Assembly (NCBI RefSeq): GCF_009914755.1
Contig: NC_060938.1
Length of the DNA stretch: 64,000 nt
Strand: one strand, 5' to 3'
Source: the human T2T-CHM13v2.0 reference genome, Homo sapiens
The stretch's first letter is position 1, and every line of letters begins with the position of its first letter. Below, piece after piece: positions 1 to 14,880 of the stretch. The position numbers and the translations under genes were made by a program. The notes beneath the pieces are model-generated. The model did not search any database, had not been told where the DNA came from, and saw only the letters and a list, made by a program, of their open reading frames with translations.

Positions 1-467
<467 letters not shown>

Positions 468-477
468 TGGACCTTGA

Positions 478-795
<318 letters not shown>

Positions 796-1248
796 CTGGA
801 CCTTGAACTTTTAAAGGGAATGGAGTACCTTTTAATACATTGTCTGTTGATAAAATTTCCCTAAAGCTGGATGGCCAACATTTTGGGTCAATATATAGAT
901 TGTTTTGAACAACTTAAAAAATATTACCTGTTTTGAGCCGTTCTTATTTAGTTAAACTGAATCTGTAATAATAAGACAAAGCTTTTACCCATTTTGAATT
1001 TTAGGAACAATTATTCAGAAATTCAGGAGAGATACCTGATCACTGTTACAACAGATGTTTTGTTCTTCTTATTCCAGTCCTTTTATATCCCTGGTAGCTA
1101 TGGAGAAGCTCGTGTTGGAAACGATTTAAATACTTGGTAAATCAACATATGTTTCTTTTCAGAGCACTTATCATTGAGATTGACTGCTGTTCCCCACCTG
1201 GAGAAAGACAGTTCTTAACCTTTTTTTTTTTAATTTTTCAATCATAGC

Positions 1249-1616
1249 TGCTATGGTTTGAATGTGTCCCTTCCACTTCCAAAATTCAAATGTTGAAACT
1301 TAATGGCTAATGTAATGCTGTTAAGAGGTGAGACATTTAAGAGGTGATTAGGTCAGGAGGGCTCCATCCCTTGTGAATGGGATTAGTGCCTTTATAAAAA
1401 GGCTTAAAGGAGGGCTTAATGTTGTGCCATGTGAGGACACAACATTCAAGGTGCCATCTTGGAAGCAGAGATCAGACCATACCAGACAACTGAACCTGCT
1501 GATGCCTTGATCTTAGACTTTCCAGCCTCCAGAACGGTGACAGAATACATTTCTCTTCTTTATAGATTACTCAGTCTTAGGTATTTTGTTATAGCAGCGC
1601 AAATCATACTGAGACA
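1249..1616 (+). mobile_element. MaLR solo LTR (MLT1A/MST-like)
   Basis: Starts tgctatggtttgaatgtgtccc, ends gagaca; 5-bp TSD atagc at 1244-1248 and 1617-1621. Confidence 0.88.
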
Positions 1617-2235
1617 ATAGCATAACACCCCTAAGGTATGCCCCTCTTCCACAATCAAAGAGATATACTGAATCAGTTGTTCTCAAAGGATCTCTCACTT
1701 TTCTTCTCTCTGGATAAGGTGGGCAGTGTATGTGTTACTTGAACAAGCCCCTCGGGTGGTTCTGAAACCCTCACCTGTTCTCTCACAGCTTTCAAATCTT
1801 TTAACTGCTGCTTCTTTAACCAAAATTTATTGGTTTATCAGTTTCTGAAAGATTTGTGGTAAGATTTGCCTCTTTATTTATAGTTCTGAAAAAATTTTCA
1901 TTGTAACTCTTATTTTTGCTTTATGTAATGAGGCACTTATAAGTTCAAGATTGTTATATTTTGTGGGTATATCTTTTTAATTTTATTTTTATGTAGTTTA
2001 CTTTTTTAATGTAGTTTACTTATCCATATTAATGCAGTTGTGGTTAACTTTTATATTGTATCAATATTGCTAAGTATGTATCCTTTTGGTTAATATTTGC
2101 TTGGAATATCTTTATCCTTCTGTGTATTTTCTAGTCTTTGGTGTGATTTTCAAAATTATGTTTGTCATAAATAGCATTGTTCAGATCTTAAAAATTAAAC
2201 CAATCTCATTCCATTTTAAAATATGTAGATTTAAT

Positions 2236-2390
2236 CTGGGGGTTAGCGACTTTTTTCTGTCAGCCAGTAAATATTTTAGGTTCTGTGGGTCATACAGTAT
2301 CTGTTACAGCTACTCAAAAGCAGCCTCAGGCCACGTGAATAAATGGGCATGGGTAGATTTGTTCTGCCAGCTATAGTTTGCCAACCCCTG
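2236..2390. mobile_element. MER58A-like hAT-Charlie MITE
   Basis: Termini ggggttagcgact / agtttgccaacccctg; internal agtaaatattttaggttctgtgggtcatacag. Confidence 0.75.
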
Positions 2391-2469
2391 CCTTAATCTA
2401 TTTACATTTTTGTGATTGTTGATATGTTTGGCTTATTTTGTGTTTCCTGTTTACCATTTATATTACTTA

Positions 2470-3380
2470 AGGCAGTGTTGGCTGAGGTTACAGATTAATC
2501 CGGAGACCTCAGTGGCTCAGCACATTGAAGATTAGATTTTACATGATAAAATAATTATATTTAATATTTATATATATAGTAATACTTATATAGTTTATAA
2601 AATAATTATACTTTATGTATATTATAAAATATAAGTTATATTTTATCTAAAATATAAAGCAGTTATATTTTATCTAAAATATAAAGCAGTTATATTTTAT
2701 CTAAAATATAAAGCAGTTATATTTTATCTAAAATATAAAGCAGTTATATTTTATCTAAAATATAAAGCAGTTATATTTTATCTAAAATATAAAGCAGTTA
2801 TATTTTATCTAAAATATAAAGCAGTTATATTTTATCTAAAATATAAAGCAGTTATATTTTATCTAAAATATAAAGCAGTTATATTTTATCTAAAATATAA
2901 AGCAGTTATATTTTATCTAAAATATAAAGCAGTTATATTTTATCTAAAATATAAAGCAGTTATATTTTATCTAAAATATAAAGCAGTTATATTTTATCTA
3001 AAATATAAAGCAGTTATATTTTATCATGTGAAATCCAGTCAGTGGCACAGATAGGATAGATGGTCTGCCCCTTGCAGTCGTTCAGGAAACCAGGCTCCTT
3101 CCTTCCATCTAGTGGCTCTGTCACTCCGTATGTGTGGGGTGCATAATCACCACAGAAAGGGAAAGAGGCAGTGGAGTAGACACACCTGCTTCTTTAACCA
3201 CATTAGCCTGGAAGTAATTTATGTCACCTCTCACATTTCATAGATGAGAACTAGTCACATGGTCCCACCTAGATGCAAGAGGGACCTAGGAAATAAAGTT
3301 ACTGTGGCAGCCACTTCCAACGACCCTCCCTCACGTGGTAGAGGAACACAGACCTTTGGCAGACATCTGGGCACTTCTGC
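2470..3380. mobile_element. Old MaLR LTR (MLT1J/K-like) interrupted by an AT-rich array
   Basis: ctcagtggctcagcaca at left and agaactagtcacatggtcccacctagatgcaagaggg at right resemble old MLT1 LTRs. Confidence 0.55.
2634..3025. repeat. 27-bp AT-rich minisatellite, 14.5 apparently identical copies
   Basis: Unit agttatattttatctaaaatataaagc starts at 2634, 2661, 2688 ... 3012. Confidence 0.97.
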
Positions 3381-3779
3381 CGCAATCACCCTTTCTCCTT
3401 GCTGCCTTTTTTTTCTTTTCTACCTTCTGTGGGATTTTTTTTTCTCTATTCCCCTTCATTCCCTTTGTTGGCTTGGAATATATATGATGTATTTTTCTTG
3501 TTTTATTAGTTGTCCTTACAGTTTTAACACATACTTCAATTTTGAAATGTCTATAAGGCCTGTGTTTATTCAGTATATCTCTTCTCCTATGGATAAGAAA
3601 ATAATCTATTGATTCCTCCCCTCCCCCTGTACAGATACTCCACGTATCTTTCTTCTTGTTGTTGTCTAGAGTTTTATTTTACCTTTAAATAAACCCCCCC
3701 AAAACCCCACAAAATAGTTATTTTTATGGTTAAGAATTAAATATACCACTATTATATTTTTGTCAATTTCTCTCCTCAT

Positions 3780-4460
3780 TGTTCTCTGGATTGTTTCTTC
3801 CTGAAGTGCATTCTTCAGTTTTTAAATGTTTTTTTCAGTGGGAGTCTGTGAGTGGTAAACTCTGTTTGTCTATTATGCCTAAATAGCTACATATAGAATT
3901 CAAGGTAGATAATTAGTTTCTCTCAGTATGTGGGAACTATACTCCATTTTCTTTTGGCATTGATTGTAGCTGATGGAAAACCCATTGTCAGTCTAATTGT
4001 CATTCCTTCATAGGAATTTGTCTTTTCTCTAGTAATTTTTACAATGTTTTGTAGTTTGACAACACACTATGGTTGTGAATTTATTTTTATTGATTCACCT
4101 TGCTTTACAGAATGCATTTCGAAATGTGGTTTCTTGTGTTTCTTCAGTTCTTGCAAATTTTTAGCCACTAATCCTTTGAATACTGCTGCCCTTCTAATTC
4201 CAACTCTCTGTTTTTCTGCACTTGATTATATTTTGAAGGGTATCTGTATATTCTCCATGTCTCTTAACTGCCCATTCATAATTTTTTCTCCTTCTCAGTA
4301 GTGTACTCCCAGCATAGTTTTTCAATTCCCTAATCTTTTTTTGAGAGTGTACAGACTAGAGGTGATCTAATTCATTAAGCTTTTCGGTTTCTGTATTTTT
4401 CATTTATCATATTTTTCATTTACCTCTTCTAATTTCATTTGTGCATGTTTTCATTTCATC
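3780..4460 (-). mobile_element. Ancient L1 (L1ME-like) ORF1-region fragment
   Basis: Degenerate antisense L1 ORF1 motifs (ggtaaactct, tagaattcaaggt, ccattgtcagtctaattgt); T-rich. Confidence 0.55.
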
Positions 4461-5667
4461 TTTTAAATGAATGTTATTCCTTCCACTATCTCTGTGAAGA
4501 TCCTGAAAATATATATACCCTTTTTGGATTATTTTTTCCATTGCATTTGCTGTGTTGGCTGACATTTGTTGGTTTTCTTCATTTAGAGAGTGTCCCTCTT
4601 TCCCTCTTTCTTCACTCATTCCTTCCTGAATGGTTGTCTCTCCCTTAGTCCCCCTGGAATGTCAGCTCAGAACCAGGTATTTTATGGGGAGTGGGGACTG
4701 AATAGGTCACAAGTCCAGTCCCTGCGTTTGTGGCAGCTTGCTCAGGATAAGTTACTTTAATTTCAGGACTGTGACAGTTTCCTTCTGTCTCCCTTTGTTT
4801 GAAGCTTCACAGGAGGCTTAAACGTCAGGCAGCAGCTGTAGTAGCTCTTATGTCACTGGTAGGATGGGTGGGAGACACTGGTATAGTCCTGATTTCTCAT
4901 AGTGAGCTTGGCTCAGGGTACCCACCATGTGTGGAATTCCCATGAATCCTGAAGAGCTGAAATCAGTTGGGCCAAAAGAGATCATTATCTTGCTTTAGAG
5001 CATCCCTTTTAAATATCTTTTTACGTTTTATCTGTTCTTGGTGTTTGGAGTAGTGATGGGATGGGTGTAGTCCCATTCCTCTTCTTTTAGAATCCGTTAG
5101 ATCCTGATTTGCATGCCTTTCCCTATTTGTTTTTAATTGGTGACCATGCCATTCAGCCTGATTTTTCATATATCATTGTTGGATCCCCAAATGTATCCCA
5201 GAATAAGCAAGCATGAGTTCTTCTATAATTTTCCTCAGGGACAGATGGTGGTGACTGAGCTGATGATGGGTGTGTATTGGGCCTCAGTGGCTGTGTCAAA
5301 GTATGGTTAGGACATGGCTGGCTTGAGTGTGAGTCCTGGCAGGGCCACCGTGTCCCCTCCACTCTTGCTCCTCCTAACACCCTCTTCTCTTAGCTCACAT
5401 GGCACGGACTGATGCCCCAGAGGAGTCTGCAGAAGAATGTGAGAAGGCTGCTTTTGGGTTGGGCTGACCCAGACATGAGACCTACTATCTTTTTCAACAC
5501 TGCCTTGAACCTAATTTATTTCTAGTTCTGAACTATGGAATGGGGCAGCACTGTGTGGCTGTGTGTTGTGCACTGTTCCCAAGTATAGAAAGCCATGGGG
5601 GCCAAAATCCAGTTAGCATTCCATCCAAGCTGTGCACGCATGGTGCTGTGTCCATCCAGAGTGAGGG

Positions 5668-5951
5668 TTTTTTTTTTTTTTTTTTTTTTTTTGAGACGGA
5701 GTCTTGCTTGTTGCCCAGGCTGGAGTGCAGCGGTGTGATCTTGGCTCACTGCAACCTCCGCCTGCCTCAGCCTCTCGAGTAGCTGGGACTACAGGTGCAT
5801 GCTGCCATGCCTGGCTAAGTTTTCATATTTTGGTAGAGATGGGGTTTCATCGTGTTGCCCAGGCTGGTCTCGAACTCCTGAGCTCAGGCAATCTGCCTGC
5901 CTTGGCCTCCCAAAGTGCTAGGATTACAGGTGTGAGCCACCGCACCTGGCC
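5668..5951 (-). mobile_element. Alu (S-type) with a ~20-bp internal deletion
   Basis: PolyT then antisense Alu; cctccg joined directly to cctgcctcag; TSD-like cagagtgag/cagaatgag. Confidence 0.92.
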
Positions 5952-6293
5952 CAGAATGAGAACCTTGTAATTCACACAAAGACGTCAATTAGACAAGTGT
6001 GGCCATCCAAGGACACATCTACTGCCTCTTTCCAGGTCTCCCTTCACCTCAGTTAAACTAGCTTGTAAACCTCTTGTTTGTCACCCTTAGAGACAGAGTG
6101 TTGTTGAACCCTGTACTAGGGATACTTTCCCACTGGGGTATGGTGAAGGGATGATTAGGGTCTGGTGCTGGTTGTCAAGCCATCCTACTGACTGCTGGAA
6201 GAAGCGTCAGAAGCTGGGCTTCCTTTCTTATTTCAGTGTAGAGCTGGCAGATGAGGTGCAAGCTACCCCTTTTGAATGGGTTAGACTTCAGCC

Positions 6294-6767
<474 letters not shown>

Positions 6768-6998
6768 TAAAAGTATTAGACTTTGGCCCCAGGGAAGGAG
6801 TTGCTAGAAATCCAGCCCTTGGTACAAGGAGAGTCATGGTAAATATCACCTTGCAGTCCTGCCTTGATACTAAGTATTAAGTAATATTATAGCCTGATTC
6901 CTTGTCAAGGAACCCTTCTCTGCTAGTGACTAAGATAGCATAAAAGCATGTGGTTTCCAGAACCAAATGTACACTTACTTTCATTTTTTTAAAACTGA

Positions 6999-7328
<330 letters not shown>

Positions 7329-9280
7329 CCTTGCTACTTTTTATAATTGCCAGAACTCACAAGAGAATTCCTTCAGGGAGGTTTAGGAGATGACATAAGG
7401 AAGGAAAGACTCATTTGCACTCAAGAGGAAAAACAGTAATTATGAGGACAGAGGAAGCTAGAGAAAGAAAATCAAGGAAAAGACACTGGGAACAAATTTA
7501 TTCAATCCAAGGGTTTAAGGTAGTGGTTGGTAGATTTGAGTTGGGAGTGTCAGTTTAAGAATATCTTGTACCAGCCACTGTCCTTGAAACCAGCTTGTAG
7601 GGACAAGGGTATGAGATTGAGGGACCACAAGGAATCTACCTTATATAACTGGGGTGGGGGAAGGATGAGTCAGCCTAGCAAGACTAATGTTTAGAGTTGT
7701 GAGGGCTTTTGATGAACTTATCTTTTGGGAAGCATTTTATTTGGCTAAAAGGATTTTACCAGCAGGGTGAGGGATGGGGGAAAACACTGATGTTTGGAGT
7801 GGGACAATGTTTGAATGGGAAGCTGTTTTCAGCTAGTCACAGAGCAAATGCTGTAGTCTATATATGCCTCCCATGATTACCATAAAGAAAATATCAAACA
7901 TGGGCTGTCGAATACAGGAGAGCAGTGGTGGATACAATTCCTGGAGAATTAGATGGGCATGGGCCCTGACATTATGGAATTTACCAAATTACCTGTAAAA
8001 TAGAATCTCAGGTATCTGTTTCCACTTAGACTACAGAAATCAAATGTAGAGATGTGAATGCTATTGGTACTGTGGGGGAGATGGAGAAATTATGCATAAG
8101 AACTAGGGAGCAAAGAGTGTGTTCTTATGACCGCCACGTTTAGAGAGCAGAAAGGGGAAGTTTGTAGGTAGATTACAGGTTCTGTAATGAGGATGGAATT
8201 CGAGTCCCACCAGAAAGTAAAGTTTTCATGAATGTGCCATTTGAGATGTTGAAAACCTAGAGTCTGGAAGAACTTTCGCACACTGTGTTCGTGTTTTATT
8301 CTATATCTGTTCCCATTCGTTTCTACTTTTCTATCTATATAAGCCTCAATTCCTTCTTTCCTACCCCTACCATTTTACCACCTACTCACAGTAATCCTTC
8401 CTCATCATCATCAAAAGAAATTCTGCAATCTACCTCTTCTAAGGTAACTTTCCCATCCACTGGAAAAAAAAAATGAGTTCTTGTAATGCAGGCTTTGTGT
8501 GCTTTAAATACATCATCTTATTTCACAGTCCCCACAATTCCAAGAAATAGTACTATGAAGGATCTTTCAGGAAATCTCCAAGTGATGTTTAAAATCAGGT
8601 GTTTAAAGCCAGGCCCCCCTGGGGGGCCTGACTATATAAAAGTGTTTCCACCTCACAGGAACAGAGGCTACTAGCAAATCATGACCACCATTTTAAACCA
8701 GGTTGACAAAGGTCACTGCAGAAAATCCTGGAAGATCCACTCTCACTAATGGAAAATGAATAACTTTTAGGCTTTGCTTAGGCTCTTTTAAATAAACGCA
8801 TCTAAGAGTCAGGTTTGAATCAATGGGTGTAAGTAGTAAGTCAGGGAATGTTGGCACCTTTCTAGGTAAGTAGAATGAAGTAATATTCTTTGCTGAGGAG
8901 GAGAGGGGTTGAAATTGCTGTATTGTTGAATCCATTGAACATATATTGGAAGACATGGAAGACTGACCAATTTATTTCATAGTAGTGGACCTGAGCTGGC
9001 TAATTTGCAGTAAACTTTGTTATTCAGACACTATTTTCTAGCTCAAGACAGATGGAATCTTTGATCTGAAATATTTTGCTGTGCTCAGAGAGCCCATAGC
9101 CAAGGTATAGCCAGGCATGGTGAGTTTTCATTTACTAGAAGTCACTCTGATGGAATTGTGTAATCCAAAGCATCAGATTCAGGGAAAGATGGGGGCATTG
9201 AGAGAGCATAGAGATCCCAGGGGCTATTTTTATTTTTTTTTATTTTATTTTTTTTTCCCAGGGGCTATTTTTATATGTCT

Positions 9281-9570
9281 TTGGAGACAGAGTCTCACTT
9301 TGTTGCCCAGGCTGGTTGGAGTGCAGTGGTGCGATCTTGGCTCACTACAACCTCTGACTCCCAGGCTCAGGGAATCCTTCCCACCTCAGCCTCCCGAGTA
9401 CCTGGGACTACAGACACATACCACCATGCCTGGCTGATTTTTGTATTTTTTGTAGAGCCAGGGTTTTGCCATGTTGCCCAGGCTGGTCTCAAACTCCTAG
9501 GCTTAAGCCATCTGCCTGCCTCAGCCTCCCAAAGTGCTGGGATTACAGTTATGAGCCTCCATGCCCCTCC
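9281..9570 (-). mobile_element. AluJ
   Basis: Diverged antisense Alu with J-type features (ggctcag...ttgtagag); gggctattttt on both flanks, duplicated again in the tail region. Confidence 0.88.
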
Positions 9571-9714
9571 ATGGGCTATTTTTCAGAGTGTTAGAAGATG
9601 ACTAGTAGCATGTGGGCATAGGGAATGGGAGCGAACCATCTTCTCTAAAAGGCTGATGGGAGAAATTAGTTCTTACTGACCAAATGATCAAGTCAGAGAC
9701 TCATAGAGCTTCAG

Positions 9715-9850
9715 TGATGGATGGAGCTTTAGCAAACAACTCCCTAATTGTGCAGATGAGAAACTGAGGCTCCAAGAGATTTGTCCAAGGCCACTTGGGA
9801 ATAGACAGAGTAGAATTCCAAACCATATCTTCAGAGTCTAACTTTATGCC
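9715..9850 (-). mobile_element. MIR fragment
   Basis: Core gatgagaaactgaggctc...ttgtccaaggccac. Confidence 0.65.
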
Positions 9851-12800
9851 ATACTATGTGAAATTGCGTTTATTTTTTCAAGGTTTCTAGTTCAGTCCTG
9901 CATTTGATATGGCCAAGTGAGTCTTGTGTTTTGTTTTCTTAAGAAAGAAAATATTATTTTCTTGTTAGCAGTCATACCAGAAGCTCACAAGTGGTTTACA
10001 CACCAGATAATAAACTCCTATTCGTGGTCTGAGAGAAAGGTTGAAAAAAATTTATGTAAAATATAAAAGGTAAAAAACATAAATATCCCAACCCATTAGT
10101 GGATCCAGTTCTTATTAACATTCCTTTTTCCTGCTACATCTCTTTATTTTTATGATGTCTTTGGGCTTCCCAGAGTGAACGATGATTTGTCTTGAACAAA
10201 ATAGAATTGTTCTTGAATCCTGCTGGTGTAAACGGTAATCTAAATAAATGGAAATAGATATAAGTCCCAGGAGTAAATCAGACTGCTTGCTTAAAAAAGC
10301 AAGCACATAAGTCAATATTTTTTTTCTGATAGTAAGAAAAATTCACAGAGCTGAAACTCTATCTCCTTACCCACATGTAGACCTTACTCAAGCTATTTTT
10401 TCATTTATTTATTTGTAGAAAGATAGGTTTTCTCTTTTCTTCCTTCTCTTTATTATCACTAATTTTTGGGAGAGGTCTTTGGTAAGTTGAAAACTGACAC
10501 ACTTTTGCACATGAAAGGGGGCATTACTGATTATGCTGCTACAAAGTTATGGGACTGTCAGATCAGAACATTTAGTCACAGACTATACCTATACATCCTC
10601 CCGGACCTCATGGACATAACTGAGAGGTTAGGCCTTTGCTCATTCAAAAACAGTTATTCAAGCACAGATGCATCTGCCACTGCATTAGGCACTGAGAATG
10701 TAAAGCCGACAGCTTCTATGTTAGTACCATATGAGCTATTCTTTCTTCAGCCTAGACTTTCATAACATGGAAAAGTAAGGCAAAACCTTCAGAGCCGAGT
10801 CCACCAGTTATGATTCTGCTTAGCAGGGCTTGTGCATATATGGCTTCCACCTGGTCTTGCCCCCCTGGTGGTGGCTGCACACGCTGAAGCATGATGAGTC
10901 AGAGCCGTGTGATTTTGTTCTGCCTCTGCCCTGCATAGGCTGGTTTTAATCAAACGAAAGCCTAATCCTGTAGTGAATCTTATTAAGCCCTTTGCCCTTC
11001 CCCATTCCATCTGTTACATGTCTCAATTTCTGTCCCCCAAATGGAATAAGCTGTGTTTTTTTTCTCAGATTTTTTTTTTTCTTTTTGTGTTTGATGTCTT
11101 TCAGAGATAGGCCTGGAGTCAACAATTACAATCAAGCTGAATTGAGTCTGGCAGAGGATTTTCAGTATCCCAAGTTACTTTCAATGCTCCACTTGTCTTA
11201 TCAGCAAAGCCTCTTATTTTCAAATCTAGTATACTGGGAAGCTCTGCAGTTGGTTTCACAGGCTTTCCTGCCAGGACCACAATTACTGTCTCCCCAGGGT
11301 TTAAATACTGACAGAGCCTTGGGGCATGCAGTTATGGTGCCATTTTCTTGGATCAATAGGTATATGTCCTTCCTAGCCCTGCTATAGAACTCAGGTAACT
11401 GCTGGCAGGTGGATCACAGTCTTGCCTTAGTGGGTCTTTCTTATCTTTTTGATCTATTGCCTAGTTTGTCTTACTAACCATATCATTCACACACATCATA
11501 ACCAACTTAATTTGAAAATAGGCCTCCAGGTCTCTGTCCAGGGAATAGCAAAAGAGTACAGACAAATCTTCCCCAAGGCACATATTTCTGTTTATTGTAG
11601 TTTCTCTTCTTGACAGGTAAGAAGAGATAAGGTTTTACTCTAGAGGAATGAAAAATACATAAAAGGTGTTGATGATATGGCAAGTTCCAAATTTGGTTCT
11701 CTTTCAGCAATCACAGCCCCTGACATCTGGACTCTCTTCCTCTCTTGTTTTCTATTGGTGTTAATGCCTGTTTCTTTCCTTTGTAAGGTTCCTTGAGGGG
11801 AGTGTTCTTGTGTCTCTGTCATCTTTAAAGCTCTTCCTCATGCTGGTGCTAAGTACATTGTTTTCCACAGATAAGATAATTGAATGTTTCTAAACTCAGT
11901 ACATATCTTTGGTCTGTAAATCAGTAGTTCCTTTATTTGATGCTTCCTTATACTGAAAGACTCACTGAAAGGTTCTTAGATGGAATGCAGTATAACCACT
12001 TGAGTGTTAACCACTCAAATGTCCTTTGAGCAATAAGGCCTTGCCAGAAAGTCTGGAAAATATGAAAGTCACTCCATGTGCAGTTCTGTGGGGTTTTTCT
12101 GTTACCCTCGGAGCAGAATCTTCAGTCCTCTAAAGATGCAGGTAAAACATGGAATTGGTGCCACATCTAATCTTTTCACTGTCATGCTTACTGCTGTTGC
12201 TAATATATACACACAACCCCACTTTGCAATGGATGGTAGGAAAGGTATCTTAGACCCAGGAACACTCAGCCAAACTGGGGCCTGGGACCTGCCTTAACAG
12301 GAGCATCTGACAACCTGGGTTGTTGGCTCCCAAATCAAATTAGGCTAGTATGTGTCCCATCGTGAACTGGATGGGGATCAATCAGGACTAACAAAAAGCA
12401 AAGAAAATAAGACGTAGGACAATTTGCCACTTGATTCTACATTCTATTCCTAATAAGTTAGTGTTTCAACCCAGCTGTAGCTTGCTTTCTACCCTATTTG
12501 ACACTTTCATATTGTTTCTCTCTATTAATAGTCATTGGGCTTCTTGTCAGCTTGGGATTATTATGTTTCATTACTGTTTCTGGATAAAACTCCGGTTGCT
12601 GGGAATTCTATTTGTGTTGTGTTTGAGAGCAATACAAATTTCTGCTTCACTGATGGAGATGGTGAGAGATGGGCCATTATGAACAAATGAAGATAGTGCA
12701 GCATTAGGGAACTTCAAATGAGTTTCCAAGTACATAAGATATATGCAAAAATGTATTATAGCCACTTTCTCTATTTGGAAAGTCAACTCCCTCTTTTTTA

Positions 12801-13281
12801 GGTCTGGGTGTTAAGAAACTTGAGATAGTATTTCATGTATTTATGTAGTGAAAGCCATGAATTTGGTGGGCAAAGAGGTGTCATAAAGGACCAAGTCTGC
12901 ATGGACATGCAGTGTCCCTGCACAAAGCCCATCTCTAGTCACCCAAGTATGTGCCCCTTCCCTCAGTCAGTCAGGAGGAAGGGGAGACTTTTTGTTATTT
13001 GCCCAGAGTGGTTGCCTTTTTTCAAAGGTAGTAATATTAAGCCTACCAAGAAGAAGGAAAACTACCACCAAGATCTTTGTCTCCATTATCAAGGCACATT
13101 CCCGAATCAGCAAAGACACAGAATACAGCCCTTTGATTCCAGATAGGTGGTCTTTGCCTAGCTCCATCATTTTGTTCTGTCATGAGGAGCAATTCAGGAA
13201 TGCTGGCTATTAAATTTCTTCTGGATGGCTCTTGCCTCCACGCCCTTTTTGGGGCCTCATAATTTTACACTTAAAAATCCT

Positions 13282-13618
<337 letters not shown>

Positions 13619-14241
13619 CTACTAAATGCAGAGTTTCTAGTTCCTGAGAATCCCTGGTGATTGATGCCAATTGTAGTGCTTTCAGCAACAGCTGAGAAAG
13701 CCAACAGAAACCTAGAGAGTTTTTAATGTAAGCTTAAACAGCCAGGTGAGGCTATGTTGGAAGGCTCTCTTGAAGTATACAGATTGCGAGGAGATATGTG
13801 GGCTCTGGATTGACAGGGAAGTTTTATTCTGGTAAAACTGTATATAGGCTCAAGCCAGTTTAGTCAAGGACAGGTCGTTTCCTAGTGTAACTTGAACTTA
13901 GGTTTGAGGAAGGGAGCTAAATTTCAGGAACTTGAACTTTTAAACTCAAGTTTAAGAAAAGCAATGAGATTGCATACTCTTTAGACATGGACCTACTCAT
14001 TAAGTTTCTTTGCAGCTACTAAGATAGTGTTTTACCCTTGGTGGACACTCAATAAATAATAAATTGGATTGAGTTTTCTGAAGGTAAGAAGCAAGTTGGT
14101 GGAGAGTTCTGATTCTGGTATCTTTCAGTCGCTTTCCTCTCTACAATTCTGTGATTCTAGCAAGGCCAGGAGGCAGCAGGTTTGAGAATAGGAAAGAGAT
14201 TCAGTGTGGCTGAAACATGGAATGTGAAGGAATTCTGATGA

Positions 14242-14880
<639 letters not shown>

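Noticed and set aside
2634-3025. CRISPR-like array of palindromic repeats
   Set aside because: Units are contiguous with no unique spacers, there are no cas genes, and the context is primate DNA; it is a minisatellite.
12835-13213. Possible coding exon in unique sequence (overlapping ORFs)
   Set aside because: No recognisable protein similarity and no convincing acceptor/donor pair.
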